Positions 28,355 through 37,397 of a DNA stretch of 64,000 nt are shown in pieces. The stretch is taken from assembly GCA_000002435.2 (NCBI GenBank), contig CM018792.1. The stretch is one strand, 5' to 3'. The translations under genes and the position numbers were made by a program. Numbering within the stretch: position 1 is the stretch's first letter; each line of letters starts with the position of its first letter. The notes under the pieces were generated by a model. The model did no database searches. It was given only the letters and a program-made list of their open reading frames with translations, and was not told where the DNA came from. The stretch is from Giardia intestinalis. Its lineage: Eukaryota.

Positions 28355-29275
28355 TCACTTAGAGGAGAGGAAGAGCCCGCTATACACGGCGCTCTCGATG
28401 TCGCACTCGTTCGACCCGCGGACTATGTTGAAGTAGCCCTCCTCGCCCCAGTTGGGTCCGAGAGAGTTCTTCACGATCCAGTACGGGATGCGCTCCTCGT
28501 CGTCAGTCGTCCCGTAGCCGATGATCTCAACCGCATGGCTGGAGATCTGGATCCCGTAGACGTGCTTGTAGACGCCTCCTCGGTAGTAAAGGAAGTCACG
28601 ATAGACGCTCATGACTGCCTGCACAGGCCCGTCGTTGGCGAGGGTCTGCATGATGGCGGTCACGTTGCCGCTGTAGTCGAGGCAGCCGTCGGCCTTGACG
28701 AGTTGAATCTCGGACCCATCGTCGCATAATGCGGGGCATGGAGACGAGAGGTCCTTATCGGCGTCTGTGTAGCGGACACACTCGAGAGTCGTGGTACCGT
28801 GCTCCGTAAGGAAGGTCCAAACATTGAACGAAGTCCCTCCAGCGCACCCGAGATCCAAGTCATCACACGAGACCGTGTACTGCTGTGAGTAGGGCACGCC
28901 AACAGGGTCAAGCCACTGCATGCATCGTCGGTCACCGAACGCCCCAGTCGCCGAGAACGCCCAACAGGCGCCGCAGTAGCCTTGGTCATAGACCGGGGTG
29001 ATGCACTGCGGGTACTCTTCGCGGAGGTCAAACGCGTCGGGAATGGGTCCTGATGGTTCAGCGCGCGGACACTCTGCGGACGGACGGGTGGGCTGGCCAT
29101 GGCGAGGGAACATGGCGCGCAGGTCGTCCTCGGAGAGGCCCACAAGCCGGTCGGAGATCCCAGCGGTCCAGGGTGGTTGCAGGGCGCGGATCTCCTGTAA
29201 CTCCCTTCTGGAGAGAAGGGGCTTGGAGAGGGCCACCCCAAGCCCAGCTAAGAGATACGTGATCACAGACAACAT
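28355..29275 (-). CDS. Cathepsin B-like cysteine protease (papain family C1)
   Basis: The ORF track's start at 29380 is a TTG. The first ATG, at 29275, gives MLSVITYLLAGLGVALS (signal peptide). Catalytic Cys motif QGYCGACWAFS, and HAVEIIGYG...WIVKNSLGPNWGEEGYF (His/Asn region). Strongly GC-rich codon usage. AGTGAAT overlaps the stop on the minus strand (plus 28353..28359). Confidence 0.9.
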   Translation of the reverse strand: MLSVITYLLAGLGVALSKPLLSRRELQEIRALQPPWTAGISDRLVGLSEDDLRAMFPRHGQPTRPSAECPRAEPSGPIPDAFDLREEYPQCITPVYDQGYCGACWAFSATGAFGDRRCMQWLDPVGVPYSQQYTVSCDDLDLGCAGGTSFNVWTFLTEHGTTTLECVRYTDADKDLSSPCPALCDDGSEIQLVKADGCLDYSGNVTAIMQTLANDGPVQAVMSVYRDFLYYRGGVYKHVYGIQISSHAVEIIGYGTTDDEERIPYWIVKNSLGPNWGEEGYFNIVRGSNECDIESAVYSGLFLSSK

Positions 29276-29392
29276 TTTAAACGATACGCGTTCGGGGCTG
29301 TACATACGTCTATCTCTAGACCGACAGCGCCACCAGAGGATTCCCGCGCGCATGGTGCCGTCTGACCATAAGATGAGCAAATAAATAAAGCC

Positions 29393-31603
29393 ATGCTAGG
29401 CCTGCTATTTTTGGGGGCCGTAGTCAGCTCTACCGCCGACGTCTTCGGACAGGAGTGTACGACTGCGGCGCAAAAGGACACATGCGCGACCAAGAAGTGT
29501 ATAACGGTCAGCGGCACCGAACTGTGCCGCGAGTGCGTTGGCGGAAAAGTCCCTATCGACGGGATTTGTAAGGACACTACTGATTCCAGTGTTAGTTTAT
29601 ATGGATGCGAGCATTCTAGTGGCACTGGATTTTGCACCTCGTGCAAGGATACCGCCTTCCTCTTCTACGGCAGCTGTTACGCTATAGACAAGGTTCCGGG
29701 AAACCTTGTTTGTAGCAAAGCAGAGAGTGGCAAGTGTACGGAGTGCAGACAAGGATCAAAGTTTCTGTTTACAAACCCCGACGACAGTGCGGCGGAACGG
29801 TGCATATTGTGCTACGACAACGTCGGCTTCGGCTCATATAAAGGCGTCGATGGCTGCAGGTACTGCCTGCCTCCGCTCACCGGAGAGACATCTGCAGAGT
29901 GCAACTGGTGCCAGAATGAGAAGTATGGCCCGATAGACGGAGTATGCAAAGAGCCGAGCAGGCACTTGTGCGCCGACGGGGCCTGCTCAAACTGTTACAT
30001 GACTCACATTCAGCACAACGGAGGGTGCTACACAAAGACAGAAACCGTTGCACAGAAGATATGCACCACCGAAAACCAGTTCCAAGTAATTAACATCACT
30101 GCCTGCAAGAAGTGCGCCATTAAAGGGGAGGTCCCAATGGACGGGCGGTGCATAAAGGGCTTGCTCGAACCAAAGTGCAACCCGTATCCTAACACGGATG
30201 GTAGCTGTACCAACTGCACAAGGAGCGGGGTCAACTACAACACGTTCCTGTTCAACGGGGGTTGCTACAACATGAGTGACTACATCGGGTCCCAGATCTG
30301 CACCAAGGTCAACGATAGGGCAGAATGCGACGCTTGGAACACGGGAGATTACGGCGTCTTCAAGCTCCCAGACTATCACATGGCCTACCCGTGCAGTAAC
30401 ACGTCTGCTGGTGGAATCCAGGGTTGCTCGCGCTGTCGCTACAACAATACAGAAAAGAAGGTCATCTGCTACGATTGTGAGTATGACACGCTAGCCTTTG
30501 ATGGGATGTCATGTATTACTGAGACCAACTGCAATGGGGATCACAGGCAGCGCAAATGCCCTGGGAGCTCCAAAAGAGGATGCAGATGCGAGTGCATGGA
30601 CAAGTACTACAGGAGCGGCGAGCAGTGCTCTGCGTGCGCAAGCTCATGTTTGAGGTGCAATAACCAGGAGGCGAATTCCTGTACGTTGTGTCCCTCCGGC
30701 CAGGCACTTGCATACAATGGCGACGGGACTACAGGGACGTGCAAGGCCGGCTGCACGCCAGACAGCACTTGCGAAGCCTGTGGTCTGGAGGTCGACCAGA
30801 CGAAATACTGCTCTAAATGCAAAGATTCCGCCCAGTACCCCCTGAATGGCGCGTGTACACCGGCGAGCAATGCCAGGGCGTCTGCTTGTTTGCGGCAATC
30901 CGATGGGGCGTGCCAGCAGTGCTCGTCAGGCTACTTCCTGATGGGGGGCGGCTGCTACCAGGTCAGCAAATACCCAGGCCGGTTTGTGTGCAAGCGAGCT
31001 GACGGCGGAAAGTGTGTGGACACCACGGACGAGTACAACATCAACAGTAAGGGCGAGCTTGTAGACTGCAACTCCAACTGTGAGACTTGCGTGAAGGGCC
31101 AAAAGACGCAGTGCCTGTCGTGTCATTCGAACAAGTACCTCAAGAAGGAGGGGACAACCTCTTACGGCACCTGCGTGAGCCGTAACGACTGCAAGGACGG
31201 ATATTACGCCAATCATGACACCATGGAGTGCCTCCCGTGCAACATCAACGACTGCGTCACATGCCATCTTATTGACAAGTCAATTTTGTGCAGTCTATGC
31301 CGCGGGACCAGCCTTGTGGGCCTCGACAAACGCTCGTGCACGACGATCGCCCCGGAGAACGCTGTCGAATTCTGGGGCAGGTATGTGTGCAACGAGGACT
31401 CGGTCCTTTCAGGCAACGCGTGCGTGAGAAAGGACTCTCAGGACACTGGAAGGCTTTCCAACAAGGCGTCCATTGGGATCGGAGTCGGAGTCAGCGTGGT
31501 CGTGCTTGTCTTGATTGGCGTTCTGATTTGGTGGCTAGTCTTTCAGAGGAGAAGGGGTTCTGGTTTTGGAGGCAGCAGAGATATGCTGACGTCCAGGGAC
31601 TAA
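29393..31603 (+). CDS. High-cysteine membrane protein (HCMP, VSP-like CXXC repeats, C-terminal TM, no CRGKA)
   Basis: ATG at 29393 follows caaataaataaagccATG. Signal peptide MLGLLFLGAVVSSTADVFG. Dozens of CXXC motifs (CRECVGG, CTSCKD, CTECRQG, CRYC, CSNC, CKKC...). C-terminal TM segment IGIGVGVSVVVLVLIGVLIWWLVF with a cytoplasmic tail QRRRGSGFGGSRDMLTSRD. AGTAAAT lies at 31650..31656. Confidence 0.85.
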   Translation: MLGLLFLGAVVSSTADVFGQECTTAAQKDTCATKKCITVSGTELCRECVGGKVPIDGICKDTTDSSVSLYGCEHSSGTGFCTSCKDTAFLFYGSCYAIDKVPGNLVCSKAESGKCTECRQGSKFLFTNPDDSAAERCILCYDNVGFGSYKGVDGCRYCLPPLTGETSAECNWCQNEKYGPIDGVCKEPSRHLCADGACSNCYMTHIQHNGGCYTKTETVAQKICTTENQFQVINITACKKCAIKGEVPMDGRCIKGLLEPKCNPYPNTDGSCTNCTRSGVNYNTFLFNGGCYNMSDYIGSQICTKVNDRAECDAWNTGDYGVFKLPDYHMAYPCSNTSAGGIQGCSRCRYNNTEKKVICYDCEYDTLAFDGMSCITETNCNGDHRQRKCPGSSKRGCRCECMDKYYRSGEQCSACASSCLRCNNQEANSCTLCPSGQALAYNGDGTTGTCKAGCTPDSTCEACGLEVDQTKYCSKCKDSAQYPLNGACTPASNARASACLRQSDGACQQCSSGYFLMGGGCYQVSKYPGRFVCKRADGGKCVDTTDEYNINSKGELVDCNSNCETCVKGQKTQCLSCHSNKYLKKEGTTSYGTCVSRNDCKDGYYANHDTMECLPCNINDCVTCHLIDKSILCSLCRGTSLVGLDKRSCTTIAPENAVEFWGRYVCNEDSVLSGNACVRKDSQDTGRLSNKASIGIGVGVSVVVLVLIGVLIWWLVFQRRRGSGFGGSRDMLTSRD

Positions 31604-31762
31604 GAGACCAGCTACAGGTGGAGGGAGAGAAGAGAACCCTGCGGCGCTTAGTAAATGTTTTTGGATACCCTTCGGCACCCTTCTTTGAGGGCCCATTCAT
31701 CGCTCTGCAAACAGAGGGCGGACAGGAGACCAGCCATTTTTTGACATATTGCCGGTCTGACC

Positions 31763-33412
31763 ATGCGGGTTTCGGCCTCTGCGTCTCCCAGGTGCTGCGA
31801 GTGCTGCCTCCAGCAGGCCCCGAAGTCCATGCGGTGCGCTGCGTGCAAGTCTAGCGTGTACTGCTCTCCGGGCTGCCAGGCTCAGGACTGGGCGATCCAC
31901 AGGCACCTTTGCAGGTTGGACCGCACCGTCCCACCGGATTTATGCACTATTTTCATGAATGAAGTCTCGGCGCTGCCGTCTTCGTTATCACAAACGTTCT
32001 TTTTGTTGATACGGAAGATCCTCACCCATATTCTTGTTACACAGAGTGCCCCGGACCCTTTGCGCATACGTTCACGCTTGAACATAGAGGACATACAAAG
32101 GAGCAGCCCAGCATTACTGGATGTGATCCGTAATTCCATCAAAGTGATCTCTTTATCTGTCTTTATCCGTGTCCAACAGAAGGTTTGTCCCAGGCTCACG
32201 TGGCTACTCCCATTCGTTCCCTACGCTCATATACTCTTCTTACTAGATGGATGCGAGGCACAACATGTGCAATACTCGTGCTTAGGCCTCTGTTTCAACT
32301 CCGTTAATGTTCCACCTATCAGGTATTCTTTATCGCTCTCAAGCTCAAACAGCTTTATTCAGAACAGTCCAACAAGCGTGACACTGAAGGAAAATAAGCC
32401 AGAGGTTCTTCCTCCCTGTTTGCCATCATTCTTCGAGCTGGGAACATCTCCTTTGGAGCCTTCTCTCCGCGACATACTTACGCAATTCTCGCCCGATACA
32501 AGTCTCCTGGGTCATCTGTTTTTACTTCCTACGTGCGCTCTGGTTAATAAAGCATGCGCCTCTCACGCTGCCTTGAAGGATGGGCATCTTGTGTGTGAAG
32601 CAGGTACATGCACAGCTTGGAAGGCTCCCAGCCCCAGTCTTCTTCAGGCCCTTCAGGTGTATGCAAAACAAGTACATGATGCCCTCCTTCTTCTCAACGG
32701 AGTAGAAGCAAGAGTACTCAAGGAGCCTCAAACGTGTGCTAGAGCCAAGTTGACCCAGCAACTGACAGAAATACTCGCTGATTTAACATTTGCGTATGAT
32801 GATGTGTCTGTCATACTTCCGTTTTATCGTGATACAGCTCCCATTTTGCACCTAAAGCACGCCTATCTTGCACTCATGCAGAGCACTAAGATCTGCAACC
32901 ACTGCTTCGGGGGTTCCGTTGTTGTGCAGGTAGAGGCAATCCTTAGCCACTCTCCATTTACAGAGACAGGACTTGTAGATATGGTTCTGAGCTTACTCCG
33001 TACATGGGTCCGGCTTGAAACCCAACACTCCTACAATGTGGTTATAGCGATGTTCGAGCCCATATGCCTGTGTAACGCATACTTACTACAGAAGTTGGAG
33101 AGGATGGCGCCTCCTCCTATCAAAAGAAGCGCGTCCGAGAACCCCTCCGACGATGCGCTACAAAGGTTGAAGCAAGCAGCAGATGCACTGGTCCCACAGC
33201 ATATTAAGCTATTAGGAGTTATAGAAGAAGTGTACGGGTTCGCTGACACACTTCAATTGAGAGCAAAAGAAGGCCCGCTAATCACAGCATACGATTGCCT
33301 TGAAAAGCTCATAGGTCAAGTTGAGGCACGGCTGGAGGACATAGAATCGTGGACAGACGCGGGCCAGGCTGAGGGTCCGGACTTCGAGGTCCGCGGAATT
33401 CCCATCGCGTAG
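31763..33412 (+). CDS. MYND zinc-finger protein (549 aa)
   Basis: ATG verified at 31763. N-terminal CCECCLQQAPKSMRCAACKSSVYCSPGCQAQDWAIHRHLC has MYND spacing (C-x2-C...C-x2-C...C-x3-C...H-x3-C). Remainder helical and unassigned. Confidence 0.65.
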   Translation: MRVSASASPRCCECCLQQAPKSMRCAACKSSVYCSPGCQAQDWAIHRHLCRLDRTVPPDLCTIFMNEVSALPSSLSQTFFLLIRKILTHILVTQSAPDPLRIRSRLNIEDIQRSSPALLDVIRNSIKVISLSVFIRVQQKVCPRLTWLLPFVPYAHILFLLDGCEAQHVQYSCLGLCFNSVNVPPIRYSLSLSSSNSFIQNSPTSVTLKENKPEVLPPCLPSFFELGTSPLEPSLRDILTQFSPDTSLLGHLFLLPTCALVNKACASHAALKDGHLVCEAGTCTAWKAPSPSLLQALQVYAKQVHDALLLLNGVEARVLKEPQTCARAKLTQQLTEILADLTFAYDDVSVILPFYRDTAPILHLKHAYLALMQSTKICNHCFGGSVVVQVEAILSHSPFTETGLVDMVLSLLRTWVRLETQHSYNVVIAMFEPICLCNAYLLQKLERMAPPPIKRSASENPSDDALQRLKQAADALVPQHIKLLGVIEEVYGFADTLQLRAKEGPLITAYDCLEKLIGQVEARLEDIESWTDAGQAEGPDFEVRGIPIA

Positions 33413-33462
33413 GGTAGTGTAGGGTACGCATCCATCTAATTGCATTTTAAAAGTAAATCACT

Positions 33463-36400
33463 ATGGAGCCTTGTGCATTGTGCGGCTCGTTGGCAGAACC
33501 CCTCGTAAGATGTGGGGCATGCAGAGAGGTCTATTGCAACAACTTTGACCACAAAACGAGCCATATAGTACGGCATTTGCAGCTCACAGGTCACGATCAC
33601 ATAGAGCCTGTCTCCGAATTCTATATCCCCTCAGATGTACTCTATTGTAACGACTGTGAGACCAAGGGAATAACCAGTTTGGGCTTCCTTCCGACAAAAG
33701 CCGACGCATGCTCCGGGATAATATGCTGTGTGAACTGCCGGATGTACCACGACCAGACCCATGATACCTCCGCGTGGCGTCCCATAATTTCCACACACAT
33801 AGATTCCCGCTTCTTTCCTGGACACGAGGAGGCCGAAAACCAAGGTGATGAGCCTAATGTTGGAGATTGCACCTTCACGGGCGTTGAAAGTTATTACACT
33901 CCCCTGCCTAGCACAGAGATGACGTCGAAGGATAGCATCGTTCCCTCTGTGCATGACATTTTGAACGACGATCTCCTGTTTACAATGGACACTTACAGGT
34001 CAAATCTCTTTTCATCACTCTCTCCTATGGAAGCCCAACCGCACGAGCGTCAGACATTTTTAGAAATGATAGAGGATAGAGCGGCAAGCAAAGTTAACGA
34101 CCATTTGAAGCTAGTTGATGAGGATGTACCCGTCGTGACAGACACTGCCCTGGAGAGGCTGACCAAGCAATCAGATGCAACCCGCAATCGCAGACGCATT
34201 ATCAAGAAGTCATGCATCGATGATGAGACAGCGCGCCAGGAGATTCTGGCGAGCATAGTACTGGCCATTCCCTACAACATGGAGCCTCAGACACTAGAGG
34301 CTGTCACGGCTAGAGGATGTCCTGCAATGGTTATGTGGGCTATTATTGATGGCCTACTCCCCGGCTTTGACTTCGCCATTCCTCGCGACAAGAGCACTCA
34401 CGTCAGGACGTTTGTTTCGAAGACTGATCGTTGCCACATTCTTTCTCACTTCTACTGCAGAAGAAAGCTACATTATTTCCACTACATGCTCCCGATTTTG
34501 GCCCTAGAGCGTCTGATCACCCGCGATCAGCTAGAGAAGAACCAGGTGCCAGTGAAGGGCGTGCAGTTCAGATGTCTTCGAGGGCGATGGTCTGTCAATA
34601 ACTTTGACAAAAGCGGCCTCGCTACCATCTGTGGTGCGATGTGGGAGGTGCTAATTCCCATACAAGATATCTCTATGGACATCAAGATCTATAAAGGAGA
34701 GAACTTTATTTTGAGAATTATCGATTATCAGGGTGAGAACCCGAAGGGCTTTACCCTATATAATGGCATACTAGAGATTCCGCTCTTATGTACGTCTGTC
34801 AACGGTGACAATGTCGCCTTTTTTGTTCACCAGAATTCGGAGTTGCAGACTTCTATGCCATATAACTGCGTCAACTATGAACTTATGGTGAAGGAGGATG
34901 TGGTAGAACCCCTCACCAGCGAAATGGCTATCGATCTCAAGTTTACCGACATTGCGTCTCCCGCCTCTTACAAGCACTCTCACTTTATTTCTAAACCAAA
35001 TTTGCAGTATGAAATTGTAAAGTGCGACAACGATGCAACGTATAAGCGACACGTTTCTGCCATTGCGCGATTGTGTGCTTACAACCCGTCTGTATGGAGT
35101 TATCTTACCTCTAAGAAGTGGACCCGTGTGTTGAATTTGTCTTCCGAAGACTTCGTGGACTCTTCCAGTGAGAGAGTTCGACTGACTTCTTTTGACTGTT
35201 TTATCCGCTTTATTCTCCTAGCGGACTACCGCATGGCACATGCGTTTATGGACCTTTATAAGCAGGGAGTTGTCACCAGATACGGGGAGGTGTTGGACGG
35301 CATTAAGACAAGGACAACTGACAGAAAAGCAGTCAAGGATGTCATTCCCCAGGATAAATATTCGGCCAACTCCGATCCCCTTATCGTCCACAAGTTTTTC
35401 AATCTCGAGGAGCAATTTAAGCAACTTAACATGGATGTTACTGCAGAGCTGGATCGTAATGAGCAGATGCTCATTGAAAGCCGAGGCAACTCGCGCTCTA
35501 CTAAGGGACTTCAAAGCTCTTCAGGCTCTAGTTCTTTCTGCCGCGAGGGGATAGATGCATTTCAAATCTTGTCCTTTGCTGCGACTAACCAAAAGAAGAA
35601 GCTCTCTACGTTGCCCTGGAATACACCGTATAAAGCGATGGAAGAGGACAATCTAGACCCAGGCTTGATTGAGAAGTATGCAAACAACTTTGCTCATCTA
35701 ACCAAGGGCGTTAAGGTGCGCTCTTCCGAGGATTTTGATATCAACGAGGTTCTTAAGCGTGCAAGCTGTCTCATGCCGAAAACTCTAAGATCCAAAGCTG
35801 ACACTGAACGCTTGATTAGTGAGTTGTCGGCTTTTCTGGACACACTAGAGGAAAAGGTGACCTTGAACTTTTCACAGAAGGATGTTATCCAGTATGTTCT
35901 TTCTCGACCTATTACGCTAGTACAAGGCCCTCCGGGTTGTGGAAAGACCTTCATTGGCGCGTGCCTTGCTTGGCTCTTCAGCAAGGTATACGGGTCATTA
36001 GACCACGATTCAGGCTCTTTTCGTCAGGCCACGCCAGTACCTGTGCTTATCTGCTGTCCCTCAAACACGGCTGCTGAAAGTTTAACTCTTGCACTGGAAC
36101 CCTTCGGCCTACCTGTTGTGAGGGTTGTGAGCCTTGCGCGACAGCGCTTGGCAGAATATGAAGAGTCGCCGAATACGTATGCAGACAGAGTGTGCCTTCA
36201 TGTACTGTTCGAGGAGATCCTCAAGCTGACCTTGGGTGATGACGCTCCATCCGATTTTACACCTAGCAAAGAAGCGCGCCTAATCTACGAGAACATGTTA
36301 GATGAGATTCCTGTCAAACAGTTTAACGAAGTGTACAACTACCTGCAGATGAAGAAGAAGGAGAATATCGACGTTGCTCTAAAGCAGTCTGCGGAGGAAG

Positions 36401-37377
36401 AGATATCCAAGGCAATGTTTGAGATAGAAAACATAATTATTTCATCCGCCAAAGTTGTTGTCTGCACTTGCAGCACGTCATACGACAATCATCTATCTCG
36501 CGTTCACTTCTCGTCACTCATCGTCGATGAGTCAACCCAAGCTATCGAGCCAGACACCCTCTGCGCCATAGGCCACGGCTGTTCACACATCGTCCTTATG
36601 GGAGATCACAAGCAGCTTGGGCCGATTGTAGCAACGAACATTGCGAGACACTCTAAACTTGATCTGTCGCTTTACGAAAGGCTCCAGCGAGCCGGGATTG
36701 AACCGCATTCCTTAACAGTGCAGTATCGTATGCATCCGGCTTTATCAGCCTTTCCATCTAACACATTCTACAATGGAATGCTACAGAATGGAGTCACACA
36801 GGCGGACAGGCAGCTCATCCCCAAGCCCTTATCAATTGACTCGTTCCCGTGGCCCATTCCCTCAACTCCGTCATTCTTTTGGCACGTTCAAGGAACACAT
36901 GAGATAGGCCACGGTACATCTCTTCGTAACGATACTGAGATTCTGTGCGTAGAAGCCATTGTTGACCAGCTACTAAAATGCTACGAATTAAAGCAGAGTG
37001 ACATTGGTATAGTGACCCCTTATGACTATCAGAAGTGTCAGATAGAGATGCAGCTCAAGGACGCTGGGTATTCAGAGGTTTTCGTCAACAGTGTTGATGC
37101 GTTTCAAGGCCACGAAAAGGAGGTAATCATCTTTAGTACTGTCAGATCGGTTGATAAACATATAGGATTTTTGAAGGATCAAAGAAGGCTTAATGTCGGT
37201 CTGACACGCTGCCGCTGCGCGCTCATAATAGTTGGCAACGCAACTGCTCTCGCCATTGATAGTACTTGGCGTTCGTTGATTCAACATTACTATAACAACA
37301 AAGTTCTTGTGATGGGGAGAGATCTGGATCAGTTATTCCAGATTGAGTCTCTCGACGAGGTAATTCCTAAGGCATAG
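33463..37377 (+). CDS. UPF1: UPF1 RNA helicase (nonsense-mediated decay, superfamily 1)
   Basis: ATG at 33463 follows tgcattttaaaagtaaatcactATG. N-terminal CH (Cys/His) domain CALCGS...YCNNFDHKTSHIVRHL...LYCNDCETKGITSLGFLPTKADACSGIICCVNC, which aligns to the Upf1 CH domain (SHIVNHL...LGFIPAKAD). Helicase motifs GPPGCGKT (I), LIVDESTQAIEP (II), VDAFQGHEKEVIIFSTVRS (V), RRLNVGLTRCR (VI). Confidence 0.85.
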   Translation: MEPCALCGSLAEPLVRCGACREVYCNNFDHKTSHIVRHLQLTGHDHIEPVSEFYIPSDVLYCNDCETKGITSLGFLPTKADACSGIICCVNCRMYHDQTHDTSAWRPIISTHIDSRFFPGHEEAENQGDEPNVGDCTFTGVESYYTPLPSTEMTSKDSIVPSVHDILNDDLLFTMDTYRSNLFSSLSPMEAQPHERQTFLEMIEDRAASKVNDHLKLVDEDVPVVTDTALERLTKQSDATRNRRRIIKKSCIDDETARQEILASIVLAIPYNMEPQTLEAVTARGCPAMVMWAIIDGLLPGFDFAIPRDKSTHVRTFVSKTDRCHILSHFYCRRKLHYFHYMLPILALERLITRDQLEKNQVPVKGVQFRCLRGRWSVNNFDKSGLATICGAMWEVLIPIQDISMDIKIYKGENFILRIIDYQGENPKGFTLYNGILEIPLLCTSVNGDNVAFFVHQNSELQTSMPYNCVNYELMVKEDVVEPLTSEMAIDLKFTDIASPASYKHSHFISKPNLQYEIVKCDNDATYKRHVSAIARLCAYNPSVWSYLTSKKWTRVLNLSSEDFVDSSSERVRLTSFDCFIRFILLADYRMAHAFMDLYKQGVVTRYGEVLDGIKTRTTDRKAVKDVIPQDKYSANSDPLIVHKFFNLEEQFKQLNMDVTAELDRNEQMLIESRGNSRSTKGLQSSSGSSSFCREGIDAFQILSFAATNQKKKLSTLPWNTPYKAMEEDNLDPGLIEKYANNFAHLTKGVKVRSSEDFDINEVLKRASCLMPKTLRSKADTERLISELSAFLDTLEEKVTLNFSQKDVIQYVLSRPITLVQGPPGCGKTFIGACLAWLFSKVYGSLDHDSGSFRQATPVPVLICCPSNTAAESLTLALEPFGLPVVRVVSLARQRLAEYEESPNTYADRVCLHVLFEEILKLTLGDDAPSDFTPSKEARLIYENMLDEIPVKQFNEVYNYLQMKKKENIDVALKQSAEEEISKAMFEIENIIISSAKVVVCTCSTSYDNHLSRVHFSSLIVDESTQAIEPDTLCAIGHGCSHIVLMGDHKQLGPIVATNIARHSKLDLSLYERLQRAGIEPHSLTVQYRMHPALSAFPSNTFYNGMLQNGVTQADRQLIPKPLSIDSFPWPIPSTPSFFWHVQGTHEIGHGTSLRNDTEILCVEAIVDQLLKCYELKQSDIGIVTPYDYQKCQIEMQLKDAGYSEVFVNSVDAFQGHEKEVIIFSTVRSVDKHIGFLKDQRRLNVGLTRCRCALIIVGNATALAIDSTWRSLIQHYYNNKVLVMGRDLDQLFQIESLDEVIPKA

Positions 37378-37397
37378 CCCCTAGAATATGCTCATCA

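Noticed and set aside
29276-29380. N-terminal extension MLILWSDGTMRAGILWW... on the cathepsin B ORF
   Set aside because: The extension begins with TTG, not ATG. The downstream ATG at 29275 yields a textbook signal peptide and leaves an AT-rich initiator in the spacer.
28102-29646. Multiple overlapping ORFs in alternative frames (28102..28362+, 28343..28729+, 28660..29241-, 28998..29384+, 29053..29262+, 29263..29646-)
   Set aside because: All overlap the strongly GC-rich cathepsin B gene or its flanks. High third-position GC suppresses stop codons in the other frames. Only the frame with the CGACWAFS active site and signal peptide is credible.
29987-31267. Many 60-130 aa ORFs antisense to, or out of frame with, the HCMP gene
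   Set aside because: These are a codon-bias artefact inside the 736-aa CXXC-repeat ORF. None has a signal peptide, start context or motif of its own.
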